Of a DNA stretch of 64,000 nt, positions 1 to 8,683 are shown one piece after another. A program made the position numbers and the translations under genes. Within the stretch, counting starts at the first letter, position 1. The number at the start of each line of letters is the position of its first letter. The stretch lies in IMG/VR virus record IMGVR_UViG_3300045988_122538; one strand, 5' to 3'. This DNA comes from a virus. Below the pieces are notes generated by a model that saw only the letters and a list, made by a program, of their open reading frames with translations, had not been told where the DNA came from and ran no database searches.

Positions 1-1
1 A

Positions 2-1372
2 AGTATTGATGATATAAAGACTAAAATTGATACAATGCGTGCTTTAGCAAAGGATTCTCAGATAAGCACAGCATTGTCGTATTATGCTACAGATGCTACT
101 ACAACAAATACGAAGGGTCAAATTATATGGGCAGATTCTAAAGATAAGAATTGTGCAAACATTATAAATGGACTTTTCAAACGATGGAATGTAAATATGT
201 ATGTTCGAGATCATATACTTGAACTTGCTACTATTGGTAATTTCTATATGCCAACTACTTGGATGTATAATGCACCTTCTAAACAAACCATTCATGTTGG
301 AGTAGGGCTTGATAACAATACTATCCCTGATGATAAGTATGACATTATTCCAGCTTATATGATACCACCTGAAGATATTATTCATATTTGGTATCAAGGT
401 AAGCCACAAGGTTATATTTATCAGCCTGAGGATGGTGTACAAGACTATATTTCATATCCTGAGGATGCTGTTATACACTTCTCATTAGGCGGATTATTAG
501 GTGAGTATACAATTGATACTCGTAATTCTGACGGTGATGAAGAAACATTTGATATTCAATTTGCTGAACCTCTTATGAGTAATGCCGTATCTCCTACACA
601 GACATTAAGTTTGTTGGAGGACTCATTGTTGTTAGCTTCTTTGATAAGAACTATTAAGTTCATAAATGTAGATTGTCAAGACGCTGAGGAAGAAGAAGTT
701 CAAGATATACTTCAGCGTATGAAGGATATTGTTGAACAGCAGATTTCTATAAATACTGCTACAGGTGATGCTCAAAGTTTCGTCAATCCACAAAGTCCTA
801 ACAATCTTGTTTACTTAGCAAAGGTAAACGGAAATGATGCTATATCTGTAACTGATCTTAACATGGCAGAAGCTACTGAAGCTGATAATAAATTGCTTGA
901 TTACTATCAGAACAAGAAGCTATCTGTACTCGGTGTTCCAAAGGAAGCGATGAACTTCTCTTCTGCAGAGGGTCTAGGTAATGCAGGTACTGTAATGTCA
1001 CAGCGTTCTGCTCTTTATGCTAACATCTTAAATCGTCTTATGACTGCATATAAAGAGGGATGGCGTACAGCTCTTAATGCTTATTTCAAAGTAAACGGTT
1101 ACAGCGGATATGTTGATAACTTTGAACTTCACATGAATCCTATAGTTACAACACAGTCTACTGTACAATTTGAAAAGCGAGATGCTGCATTGAACCAAGC
1201 AACTACACTTGTACAGCTACTCAGAGATACAGGAGTTAGTCATAAAGAAGCTTATACAATAGCACTTACTGAGATACTTTCAGAGGTATTTCCTCAGATT
1301 GGTTCTGATATACCTACTTGGGACATAGCTTCAGAAGCAACAGGAGAAGGAGGCGGCGATGATGTTCTCTAA
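2..1372 (+). CDS. putative portal protein (5' end cut by window edge)
   Basis: Frame is open from nt 2 with no upstream stop. More than 445 aa, first gene of the head-neck-tail module, acidic C-terminal tail (GEGGGDDVL). Call rests on size and position only. Confidence 0.4.
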   Translation, partial: SIDDIKTKIDTMRALAKDSQISTALSYYATDATTTNTKGQIIWADSKDKNCANIINGLFKRWNVNMYVRDHILELATIGNFYMPTTWMYNAPSKQTIHVGVGLDNNTIPDDKYDIIPAYMIPPEDIIHIWYQGKPQGYIYQPEDGVQDYISYPEDAVIHFSLGGLLGEYTIDTRNSDGDEETFDIQFAEPLMSNAVSPTQTLSLLEDSLLLASLIRTIKFINVDCQDAEEEEVQDILQRMKDIVEQQISINTATGDAQSFVNPQSPNNLVYLAKVNGNDAISVTDLNMAEATEADNKLLDYYQNKKLSVLGVPKEAMNFSSAEGLGNAGTVMSQRSALYANILNRLMTAYKEGWRTALNAYFKVNGYSGYVDNFELHMNPIVTTQSTVQFEKRDAALNQATTLVQLLRDTGVSHKEAYTIALTEILSEVFPQIGSDIPTWDIASEATGEGGGDDVL

Positions 1373-1724
1373 TCCTAAATTATTATCACATCAGTTCTTC
1401 AGTGAATTGAAGCAATACAATAGTACAAACTTCAAAGCTCTTCATACTGCACAACTTACAGAAGATGACCCTGTAATTATGAAGGCATTTAGTAGTGTTA
1501 TCACACGATTCTTTATCTTTTGTGAAAAGCATCCTGAGTTGTCTGAAACTGAGCGTAGAATGCTTTATTTTCAGTTAAAGGTGGATATGATAGCTCGTTT
1601 CTTCTCTAACTATCCAAATACAAATACTGATGATTTAGTAGCATTTCAAACTGAATTGCGTTACTTTGTTAAAGAAAATGAAAACGGTGGTGATAAAAAT
1701 GCTGAGTCAGCCATTGCAGTATAA
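1359..1724 (+). CDS. hypothetical protein
   Basis: 121-aa ORF with AGGAGG just upstream. Start overlaps the end of the previous gene. No domain recognised. Confidence 0.6.
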   Translation: MMFSNPKLLSHQFFSELKQYNSTNFKALHTAQLTEDDPVIMKAFSSVITRFFIFCEKHPELSETERRMLYFQLKVDMIARFFSNYPNTNTDDLVAFQTELRYFVKENENGGDKNAESAIAV

Positions 1725-2310
1725 CATCTCAGATTGGCATCAGTTATCTGATGCCAAATCTAATAATAGTAGAGATTTGAGTATCTCTGTTTCTGATATC
1801 ATACAGGATGCTAGGCTTACTGGACTTAGAATTCAATTAAATCATACTCAATTTGGTGTGCTATTTGCTTGTGTATTGAACGCACAGGGTAGTATGGTTA
1901 CAGAATTCAATGAAAATCTTGTTGTTGAATTTACTACAAAACAGATTCTTGCTGAGCTTAAGAAATACGGTTTCTTGATTACGTTTGAACCTAGGGCACA
2001 TCTTCCCGGTAATCAGATTCAATATCTAATGACATTAAAGGGACTAGGCTATGATAAGCTCAGAATAATGAATGTTTATAAGTACAACATTCAAGGAACA
2101 AAACAATTTCAGTGGTATGTTATAGCATTCAATATTCATGATGAAAATTGGCTTAATAATGGATATTCAATTTCAGAGACTGAATTCATGAAAGCTCTTA
2201 AAGATGGTAGATGCATAAATATATCTGCTATTAGTAAGACTCAAAGATGGTCATGGAGTTGGTTAGACTATGTAGCTAACATTGATGACATATTGGAGGA
2301 TAACGCATGA
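1699..2310 (+). CDS. hypothetical protein
   Basis: Track frame 1666..2310. I prefer the internal ATG at 1699, which follows GGTGGTGA. No domain recognised. Confidence 0.55.
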   Translation: MLSQPLQYNISDWHQLSDAKSNNSRDLSISVSDIIQDARLTGLRIQLNHTQFGVLFACVLNAQGSMVTEFNENLVVEFTTKQILAELKKYGFLITFEPRAHLPGNQIQYLMTLKGLGYDKLRIMNVYKYNIQGTKQFQWYVIAFNIHDENWLNNGYSISETEFMKALKDGRCINISAISKTQRWSWSWLDYVANIDDILEDNA

Positions 2311-2549
2311 GAGATAAGTTCAACAAAGAGCATGTATTGAGTTTGTGCAAACCTGGTGACTATGGTATAATGGCACCGCCTATGGATGCTCAAGTTGCAT
2401 TGCAGGAATTGTGTCGATACTTTTTAGGTAAAGATTGGTATGATAGTTCTGGTGCAAGTAATCCAGAGCAGGTAAACACAGCAATTGTTGCTGAAATTGA
2501 GATGAATTACAGAGGTGCTAAATTAAAGCGTAAAGTAGTATATGAATGA
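2307..2549 (+). CDS. hypothetical protein
   Basis: 80-aa ORF with GGAGG upstream and an ATGA start/stop overlap with the previous gene. Confidence 0.6.
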   Translation: MRDKFNKEHVLSLCKPGDYGIMAPPMDAQVALQELCRYFLGKDWYDSSGASNPEQVNTAIVAEIEMNYRGAKLKRKVVYE

Positions 2550-2561
2550 GTGGTGATATTG

Positions 2562-3101
2562 ATGTCTATCAATCTTATAGGCGAAGATATAAAACTTATG
2601 AGAGCTAGATACAATGAAGCTCTCGAAATGCAAGGAATACCTTGTAAGTATCAATTTCCTAATATGGCTACTACAAATGAACAAGGAGAACCTCTAGTAG
2701 ACAGTTATTCTGATATGATTGATACTCATATATTCTTTGAAGGGTCTCCTAAAGTAAAAACATTCAAGCGTTTAGGTTGGGTAGTTGAAAATGATAAGGA
2801 CTTACCGTTCTTGCTCCATTGTAGTTTTGATTTGCCTAACTTACAAAAAGATAGTCTATTTCATATGTCAGGTCAATACACAGGTATGCCTGATAGAACA
2901 TTCAGAGTAACTGAGCTCACATGCGATTTTCAAGCACCTGATCATATGATTGCACAAGTAGTGCCTGTATATGATAAAAAACAGACTGTTGGTCGCACTA
3001 AGAAAGAGCGTCAGAATACATTTAAGACAAGCAACCATTTCTTAACAGAACCTGTAGATTATAGAGGTCAGTATATATCTGAACAAGAAGGTGAGCAGTA
3101 A
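2562..3101 (+). CDS. hypothetical protein (possible neck/connector component)
   Basis: Track frame 2550..3101. ATG 2562 follows GAGTGGTGA. Lies between the portal-like gene and the sheath; inference is positional only. Confidence 0.55.
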   Translation: MSINLIGEDIKLMRARYNEALEMQGIPCKYQFPNMATTNEQGEPLVDSYSDMIDTHIFFEGSPKVKTFKRLGWVVENDKDLPFLLHCSFDLPNLQKDSLFHMSGQYTGMPDRTFRVTELTCDFQAPDHMIAQVVPVYDKKQTVGRTKKERQNTFKTSNHFLTEPVDYRGQYISEQEGEQ

Positions 3102-3718
3102 TGATATATCTATATGATGAAGCAATTGTAAATGATTTGAAAAATTCATTCAATCCAAATGCAGTAGAAAATCCTGTTGTAAGTGTTGTATCACCTGACA
3201 AAGTTATTGATATAGCTGCACAGCTACAGAATGATGAGATAACATTTCCGATAGTGGCATTGACACGAAATGATGATATCTCTATTGATACAAATCTTAC
3301 AAACTTCACTCGTATGCATAAAGGTGTAGCGGCTGTTATAGATCCTAAAACTAATAATCTGTATTATGAACATGCAATTCCGCTGAACCTCGAATATTCA
3401 TTAACTGTACTTGCTACTAATACTGCTGATATGGATGAGCTAATACGAGAGCTAATATTCAAATACACAAGAATGTATTTCTTGACAATAACATTACCAT
3501 ATGAAGGTCAACGAAAAGTACGGTTTGGTGTAACAATAAATTCTGATTCTGCTATTGAACGATCATCTGGTGTTGTAGAATATTTAGAATCAGGGCAGAT
3601 ATATCAGTCAATAATTCGATTGAAATGTGAGGGTTGTGTATATGTGAAGTATACACCTGTACATCTCAAACGTACTGCTCATGAAATTGTCCCAGCAGTG
3701 CCTACTAAAAGTAAGTAA
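3101..3718 (+). CDS. hypothetical protein (possible neck/tail-terminator)
   Basis: 205-aa ORF with TAATG overlap to the previous gene, just upstream of the sheath module. Positional inference only. Confidence 0.55.
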   Translation: MIYLYDEAIVNDLKNSFNPNAVENPVVSVVSPDKVIDIAAQLQNDEITFPIVALTRNDDISIDTNLTNFTRMHKGVAAVIDPKTNNLYYEHAIPLNLEYSLTVLATNTADMDELIRELIFKYTRMYFLTITLPYEGQRKVRFGVTINSDSAIERSSGVVEYLESGQIYQSIIRLKCEGCVYVKYTPVHLKRTAHEIVPAVPTKSK

Positions 3719-3728
3719 ACCTTATATA
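3718..3728 (+). promoter_or_regulatory. AACCTTATATA box (candidate late-type promoter element)
   Basis: Exact copy of a recurrent intergenic motif, 38 nt upstream of ATG 3756, at the head of the sheath operon. Confidence 0.4.
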
Positions 3729-3755
3729 TCTACATAACATAGTGAGGTGAGAAGT

Positions 3756-4010
3756 ATGATTTATAAAAATTTGTCATTCACCACAAAAACTTTTTATGGT
3801 GTGACATTCAAGCCTGGCGAAGAGCATGAAGTGCCTGGTTATATCAACCATCCAAAGTTTTTGAGATTGACGGCCTTCTCTGCCAAACATGATGATCAGA
3901 AAAATCCTGAGAAGGATACTAAATCTGAATCTTCTAAGAAAACTACAACGTCGTCTAAGACAACGACTAAAAAGGAGGTAAATTTAGATGGCGCAAATAA
4001 CAATCAATGA
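3756..4010 (+). CDS. hypothetical protein with K/S/T-rich C-terminus
   Basis: Track frame 3747..4010. ATG 3756 follows GAGGTGA. C-terminal tail is SKKTTTSSKTTTKKE. Overlaps the sheath start. Confidence 0.5.
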   Translation: MIYKNLSFTTKTFYGVTFKPGEEHEVPGYINHPKFLRLTAFSAKHDDQKNPEKDTKSESSKKTTTSSKTTTKKEVNLDGANNNQ

Positions 4011-6081
4011 GATCAGTCAGAATTACACATATAATATCGGCAGTAACGCTTTTGCTACTGTAGCATTGCCTATTACTGCTATGTGGGGTCCTGCATATAT
4101 GGAGCCTACTACAATGGGTGTAACTAAAGACGAGATGCTCGAGATGACTACATGGAATCATTTTCCAGCTACTCAGTCTGGATTAGAGTCTTTTGTAGCT
4201 ACTTACAGAGGTCCTGCATCAAATTTCAGAATGTACAATGATTATTCTTACCAGATGGCGATGACATTGCTTACAGCTGGTTATGACGTACTCGTATGTC
4301 GCGTGTGCCCAGGTACACTTGCTCAAGGTACATTGATTATCGATTCTGGAATGAATACTCCTCTTGCAGTGTCTGCAAAGTATCCTGGAACTTTTGGTAA
4401 TCAGATCAGAGTTACACTTAAGAAGGTTACAAAGAAAGAATATGACTCTGTCAAAAAGACATATGTTGAACTTCCATATTACTGGAATGCTATTGTATAT
4501 GTTTGTGATTCATCTGGAGTTCAGACTGCTGTAGAAAATCTGATATTTGTATTTGATATCAATAATTCTACAGATAACATTCCGCACATCAGTGAAGTTG
4601 AATCTAAATTTATCACTTTTGCATATGATAACATTACATCAGACAATCAAAATCCGGCTGATGACTTGTCTTGTTATTTAGCTGGTGGTACAGATAACAT
4701 CAATTCGGTAACTTCAAAAGTTCCTACAGATGCTGTAAAGGGTGTCTACAACGGTCAGGAAAAATGGTTTACACCTATCTACAAAGAACCAGCTAATTGG
4801 AATACTGTATATACTGATACAGTTACTTTTGTAGGGTATGCTGATGCAACTAATGAACCTACATTTGTAACAACATCAGCTGGTTCTCAAGGTAAGGCTC
4901 CTGAATTCCGAGAAGGTGTTTATTACAATAAACTTGAAGTAGATGTATCTAATGAATTCTCGACAGAATTAACAAAAATTGCAGTGATCCGTTATGGTGA
5001 TGAGAAGGCTAATTATGTTGTTCAGTTGAAGAACGCTGCTGCTAATATTTCAGATATTACAAAGCTTACTTCTTTCTATCACATGGAATGGATCTATAAT
5101 GCTGCTTGTGATGTTTATGATCTGCTTAAGGATAAGCTCAATTATAATCCACAGCGTATTATCAGCCCAGGTTGGGATGATCAGGATTACTTGAAGCTTA
5201 CAGGTGATTATGGTACTGTTTTCCAAGTATCTCCTATTCACCAGAAAATCCTTGAAGTTTCATATTACAGTAGATGTGCTGCTGGTATGATCGACATCCC
5301 TCGTTCGTGTCCAAGACGTCTTGTGTACAATGATGATGTTGAAAATCCTGGATATGCTCAGATGCTGTCTCGCAATGAAGTACCAGCAGGCGGTAATGAT
5401 GTAAACGCTGTATTGTTCAATACACATTGTGCATTGTTTGCACCTTGGGGTCAGTATAAGTATGTAGGTATGGGTAAGCAATGTATTGCTCCTCCTGCTT
5501 TACTTGCATTACTGATTCAACGAGCAATGATTCTAAATCAATCTTTGCAGTATGAATGGGCTCTTCCTACAAACAGAACTCATAATCTAAACATCGGAAA
5601 GATGGATTATAAGGTTCCGAAGAAGCTGCTTGATATTTGGCAGAAGCTTGAAGGTGTAGGTGTAAACGTAATCACCGAGATTCCAGAACTTGGTTTAAGT
5701 ATCTGGGGCAACTCTACATTATATGAAGTACCACCTGCAACTTATCAGGCACTTGCAAATCTATCTACTCGTTTCCTTGTAAATGCTGTAGAAGATATCG
5801 CATATAAGTGCGGTCTTGCTATCACATTCCAGTACAATAATGAACAAGCATACAATAAGTTCTATGCTGGTGTTACACCAACTCTTGATACTATGAAGAA
5901 TGTCGGTGCTATTGATGACTATTATGTCAAGATGGCTGCTGATATCAATGGTCTTGATCAAGTGAATGCTAACACAGTAATTGGTAAGATTTATCTTGTC
6001 ATCAACGGTGTTATCAATGACATTATCATTGATCTTATTGCTCTCCCGCCTGGGACAGATCTAAATCAGTACAGATCATAA
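3988..6081 (+). CDS. tail sheath protein
   Basis: 697 aa with an AAGGAGG RBS. C-terminal GVNVITEIPELGLSIWGNSTL fits the conserved sheath C-terminal pattern. A tube-sized gene follows. Confidence 0.85.
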   Translation: MAQITINEISQNYTYNIGSNAFATVALPITAMWGPAYMEPTTMGVTKDEMLEMTTWNHFPATQSGLESFVATYRGPASNFRMYNDYSYQMAMTLLTAGYDVLVCRVCPGTLAQGTLIIDSGMNTPLAVSAKYPGTFGNQIRVTLKKVTKKEYDSVKKTYVELPYYWNAIVYVCDSSGVQTAVENLIFVFDINNSTDNIPHISEVESKFITFAYDNITSDNQNPADDLSCYLAGGTDNINSVTSKVPTDAVKGVYNGQEKWFTPIYKEPANWNTVYTDTVTFVGYADATNEPTFVTTSAGSQGKAPEFREGVYYNKLEVDVSNEFSTELTKIAVIRYGDEKANYVVQLKNAAANISDITKLTSFYHMEWIYNAACDVYDLLKDKLNYNPQRIISPGWDDQDYLKLTGDYGTVFQVSPIHQKILEVSYYSRCAAGMIDIPRSCPRRLVYNDDVENPGYAQMLSRNEVPAGGNDVNAVLFNTHCALFAPWGQYKYVGMGKQCIAPPALLALLIQRAMILNQSLQYEWALPTNRTHNLNIGKMDYKVPKKLLDIWQKLEGVGVNVITEIPELGLSIWGNSTLYEVPPATYQALANLSTRFLVNAVEDIAYKCGLAITFQYNNEQAYNKFYAGVTPTLDTMKNVGAIDDYYVKMAADINGLDQVNANTVIGKIYLVINGVINDIIIDLIALPPGTDLNQYRS

Positions 6082-6111
6082 GTAATGTCATATGAAAGTC
6101 TGTATAGAGAA

Positions 6112-6129
6112 TGCAACAGTATTGTTGCA
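6112..6129 (+). terminator. hairpin between sheath and tube (possible attenuator)
   Basis: 7-bp stem TGCAACA/TGTTGCA with a 4-nt loop. The downstream U-tract is weak. Confidence 0.3.
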
Positions 6130-6144
6130 ATTGTACTGATATAT

Positions 6145-6153
6145 GATCGTTAT
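6145..6153 (+). promoter_or_regulatory. AATCGTTAT-box variant (GATCGTTAT)
   Basis: One-mismatch copy of the recurrent motif, 45 nt upstream of the tube gene start. Confidence 0.35.
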
Positions 6154-6197
6154 ATTGAATAATCAGTAAAAAATAACTCATAGAAAGGAATGATATT

Positions 6198-6743
6198 ATG
6201 TTTACTCCTTTACAGATGGGTACAAACCACATGTTAGGCATAGATAACTACGTACCTCTTACAACAAATAACTTTGAAGTAAGAATCTACAACATGGACG
6301 GGTCTGCACCTACAGAGTTTTCAGATGTATTAACTTTATCTACAGATGAAGTTGGTTCTATTTCTGAGTCTCAAGATATCATTACTATTCACTACGGTAA
6401 TGGTGTTATTAAGTTCCCAAGTAAGGTTGACTTCGCTGAAACTGATTGGACACTCAATTGTTTCTGTGAGCCTAACGTCATTGAAAATCTTCGTGCTTGG
6501 AGACGACTGGTCTATGATCCAGATACTCAGAAGATGGGATTACCGTCACAGTACATGAAGCAAGTATACTTCATTAAGTATGACGGACAAGGTAATGTTC
6601 GAGATGTTATCAAATGCCCCGGCACTTGGATTGGTGCACTTGATAATGGTGGTGGTAGTCAGTCTGGCGGTGATGTCGTTAAGGTTAAGGTACCATTCAT
6701 CATTTCAAGAGCTATCTATCTCAAGCCTGAGGACTTACGATAA
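6198..6743 (+). CDS. putative tail tube protein
   Basis: 181-aa ORF immediately downstream of the sheath, the canonical tube position and size. No motif recognised. Confidence 0.6.
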   Translation: MFTPLQMGTNHMLGIDNYVPLTTNNFEVRIYNMDGSAPTEFSDVLTLSTDEVGSISESQDIITIHYGNGVIKFPSKVDFAETDWTLNCFCEPNVIENLRAWRRLVYDPDTQKMGLPSQYMKQVYFIKYDGQGNVRDVIKCPGTWIGALDNGGGSQSGGDVVKVKVPFIISRAIYLKPEDLR

Positions 6744-6745
6744 CT

Positions 6746-6754
6746 AATCGTTAT
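6746..6754 (+). promoter_or_regulatory. AATCGTTAT box (candidate phage promoter element)
   Basis: Exact copy, intergenic, 35 nt upstream of ATG 6789. Confidence 0.4.
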
Positions 6755-6788
6755 ATATTATATCAAAAACAATATTGGAGGTATCATT

Positions 6789-7133
6789 ATGAAGCATTTC
6801 AAAGCGGTTCCTGGCAAAGGCATTGTTGCAAGCAGCAATATCAAGGGCAGTAAACGCAGATCTATCAAAGCATCCACAGTCGATGAAATTGTACCTGGAT
6901 ACAGCGAGTATGATATCCAGGATGCAGCGTACAATTATATCTTAAGTGAGCTTGACGGTGATATAAATCATAGACTCACAGCTGAATCTGCTGCAGATAA
7001 TGCATTACGTGCATTTATTAAAGAATGTAAACAATACGAGGATCTTACAATCAGTGCAGATGAAGAGGCTCAGCTTCGTCCAATCTTCTATGATGTAGCT
7101 AATACTGAATTCAGCTTTGACGAAGATATGTAA
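6789..7133 (+). CDS. hypothetical protein
   Basis: 114-aa ORF with a GGAGG RBS. Basic N-terminal leader contains GIVASS and SIKAST motifs. Confidence 0.6.
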   Translation: MKHFKAVPGKGIVASSNIKGSKRRSIKASTVDEIVPGYSEYDIQDAAYNYILSELDGDINHRLTAESAADNALRAFIKECKQYEDLTISADEEAQLRPIFYDVANTEFSFDEDM

Positions 7134-7193
7134 TTTTCAGATATGTCGTGATTACATCTAATCAGCGATTTTATAATTCGATAACTTAACACT

Positions 7194-7241
7194 AAAGCTT
7201 CAATTGTGTAATATCTGAAATACACAGTTGAAGCTTTTATA
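7194..7241 (+). terminator. intrinsic terminator
   Basis: 17-bp stem AAAGCTTCAATTGTGTA/TACACAGTTGAAGCTTT with one G-U pair, a 10-nt loop and a following T-run. Confidence 0.75.
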
Positions 7242-7261
7242 TTATGTAAGGAGTAACTAAT

Positions 7262-7558
7262 ATGAAGAAACTAATATTATGTGCTACTATTGATACAGTG
7301 TCAGTAACTTTATCTAGAGGTGATGATTCAAGAACAAAAGGAACCGATTACTGGTTCATATACCCGAGTCGTTATGATTCCATTGTCCCAAATAATATAT
7401 GGGACGATTTAGGTGTATCTAAAGACGGAGCTGGTCATTTTTGGAATGATTCAGAAGCATTGGAATATATACAAGATAACATTGCAAACTATTATAATGT
7501 AAATGTAAATGTGTATAGTGAAACTGGATACCTTATAACTACACTATATCCAGAGTAA
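7262..7558 (+). CDS. hypothetical protein
   Basis: 98-aa ORF with an AAGGAG RBS. No domain recognised. Confidence 0.6.
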   Translation: MKKLILCATIDTVSVTLSRGDDSRTKGTDYWFIYPSRYDSIVPNNIWDDLGVSKDGAGHFWNDSEALEYIQDNIANYYNVNVNVYSETGYLITTLYPE

Positions 7559-7573
7559 TGCTAAAGTATAAAG

Positions 7574-7584
7574 AACCTTATATA
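7574..7584 (+). promoter_or_regulatory. AACCTTATATA box (candidate late-type promoter element)
   Basis: Exact copy, intergenic, 49 nt upstream of ATG 7633. Confidence 0.4.
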
Positions 7585-7632
7585 AAGATGTAGATAAACT
7601 CACCTAAAAACTTTTTAAGGAGTGTAATTTTA

Positions 7633-8448
7633 ATGATTTCAGAAAAGATTGAACTGTTAGGCAAAAGACTATACTCAAACATTCCACCAGTGTTAACACT
7701 TAAGAATGTTCCTACTGCGTCTGAGCTAGATATGGTAGGTAGTGAGGACTTCGACAGAACAATGATAGAAACTATCTTACCTGCGTCTATCGAAGAGGAA
7801 GTTGATTTCAATGAACTGCTGGAGATTGATTATCAGTGGATCTGCAGATGTTTGCGTATCCTTAACTTCGGTCCATATTATACTACAAATGCTATCTTCT
7901 GTAAGCATTGTGGTAAAACTTCATATGGAGAATATCAAGTTAATCTGAATACAATCGCTTGTAATCCAATCCCTGATGACTTCGTGAACGAAATCAAGAT
8001 TACAAGAGATGAATTCATTGATTTCAAAGGAGACATCATAATCAAGTTGCCTTCAATTCGTTCTATCTTGAATGCATATAAAGACAAGGCATTTCAGTCA
8101 CCTACAGGGCAGACAAACAGAGAACTTGCAAGAATTTGTTACATGATTTCTTCAATCAAAGGTAAGTCTAATCTTACACCTATTGATATTAAGATGATGC
8201 TTCAGCAACAGCTCTCCGCTGCAGATTATATCATTCTGAAGAATAAGGTAACAGAGCTTACAGACTTTGGTCTGCGTGCTGGTGGTGTAGCTCAGTGTCC
8301 GGCGTGTGGCAGCGAAGATGCTGCATTTATCGCGTTGCCGGACGACCGTTTCTTTCGTCCGACCGTGGGAAATCTCAAACAGTGGAAGCTCGATAGAAGT
8401 GCAAGGGCAACTAAAGACGTTTCAGGAGATACGTCAGCAGATGTATGA
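7633..8448 (+). CDS. zinc-ribbon protein upstream of the tape measure (possible tail assembly chaperone)
   Basis: 271 aa with an AAGGAG RBS. Two CxxC pairs (CKHCG...CNP and CPACG). Occupies the gpG-like slot before the tape measure. Functional call is positional only. Confidence 0.4.
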   Translation: MISEKIELLGKRLYSNIPPVLTLKNVPTASELDMVGSEDFDRTMIETILPASIEEEVDFNELLEIDYQWICRCLRILNFGPYYTTNAIFCKHCGKTSYGEYQVNLNTIACNPIPDDFVNEIKITRDEFIDFKGDIIIKLPSIRSILNAYKDKAFQSPTGQTNRELARICYMISSIKGKSNLTPIDIKMMLQQQLSAADYIILKNKVTELTDFGLRAGGVAQCPACGSEDAAFIALPDDRFFRPTVGNLKQWKLDRSARATKDVSGDTSADV

Positions 8449-8617
8449 AAACATCATTGATGAAACATTATTTATCGCTAGAGCATCTGAGGGTGCTGTA
8501 TCTGCAGAATGGATAATGGATCAACCAATATTCATACGTAAGAAATATGTAGATTCATTCACTAAAGAACTTAAAGAGCGTGAACGTGCTTTGAAGAGTT
8601 CAAGTAGAAAGCGGTAA
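8441..8617 (+). CDS. small ORF overlapping the stop of the previous gene (gpGT-like position)
   Basis: ATG 8441 lies in the frame of track ORF 8306..8617. Start/stop overlap is ATGTATGA, with GGAG 13 nt upstream. The ORF encodes 58 aa ending KELKERERALKSSSRKR. Confidence 0.4.
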   Translation: MYENIIDETLFIARASEGAVSAEWIMDQPIFIRKKYVDSFTKELKERERALKSSSRKR

Positions 8618-8683
8618 CCAACAGGGATGGGATTATACAATCCTGTCCCTATTTTTAATACTCAATCAGGAGGTGTGTACGAT

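Noticed and set aside
3022-3309. Numerous other minus-strand or alternative-frame track ORFs of 60-130 aa (e.g. 44-442, 3022-3309, 8836-9195, 16268-16579, 26668-26922, 31551-31940, 36837-37202, 38079-38426, 49178-49582)
   Set aside because: They are embedded in longer + strand genes with recognisable products or RBSs. They lack RBSs and have low-complexity or Cys/Ile/Leu-rich translations typical of out-of-frame reading of AT-rich DNA.
8306-8440. N-terminal 45 codons of track ORF 8306-8617 (GTG start) as a separate overlapping gene
   Set aside because: This part lies wholly inside gene 7633-8448, has no RBS, and its peptide (MAAKMLHLSRCRTTVSFVRPWE...) looks like out-of-frame noise. Only the part from ATG 8441 onward looks protein-like.
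7633-8448. Canonical -1 programmed frameshift (X XXY YYZ heptamer) for the tail chaperone pair
   Set aside because: The downstream frame is +1, not -1, relative to the upstream ORF. I found no slippery heptamer and no prfB/PSA-type P-site re-pairing at the GTA-TGA stop.
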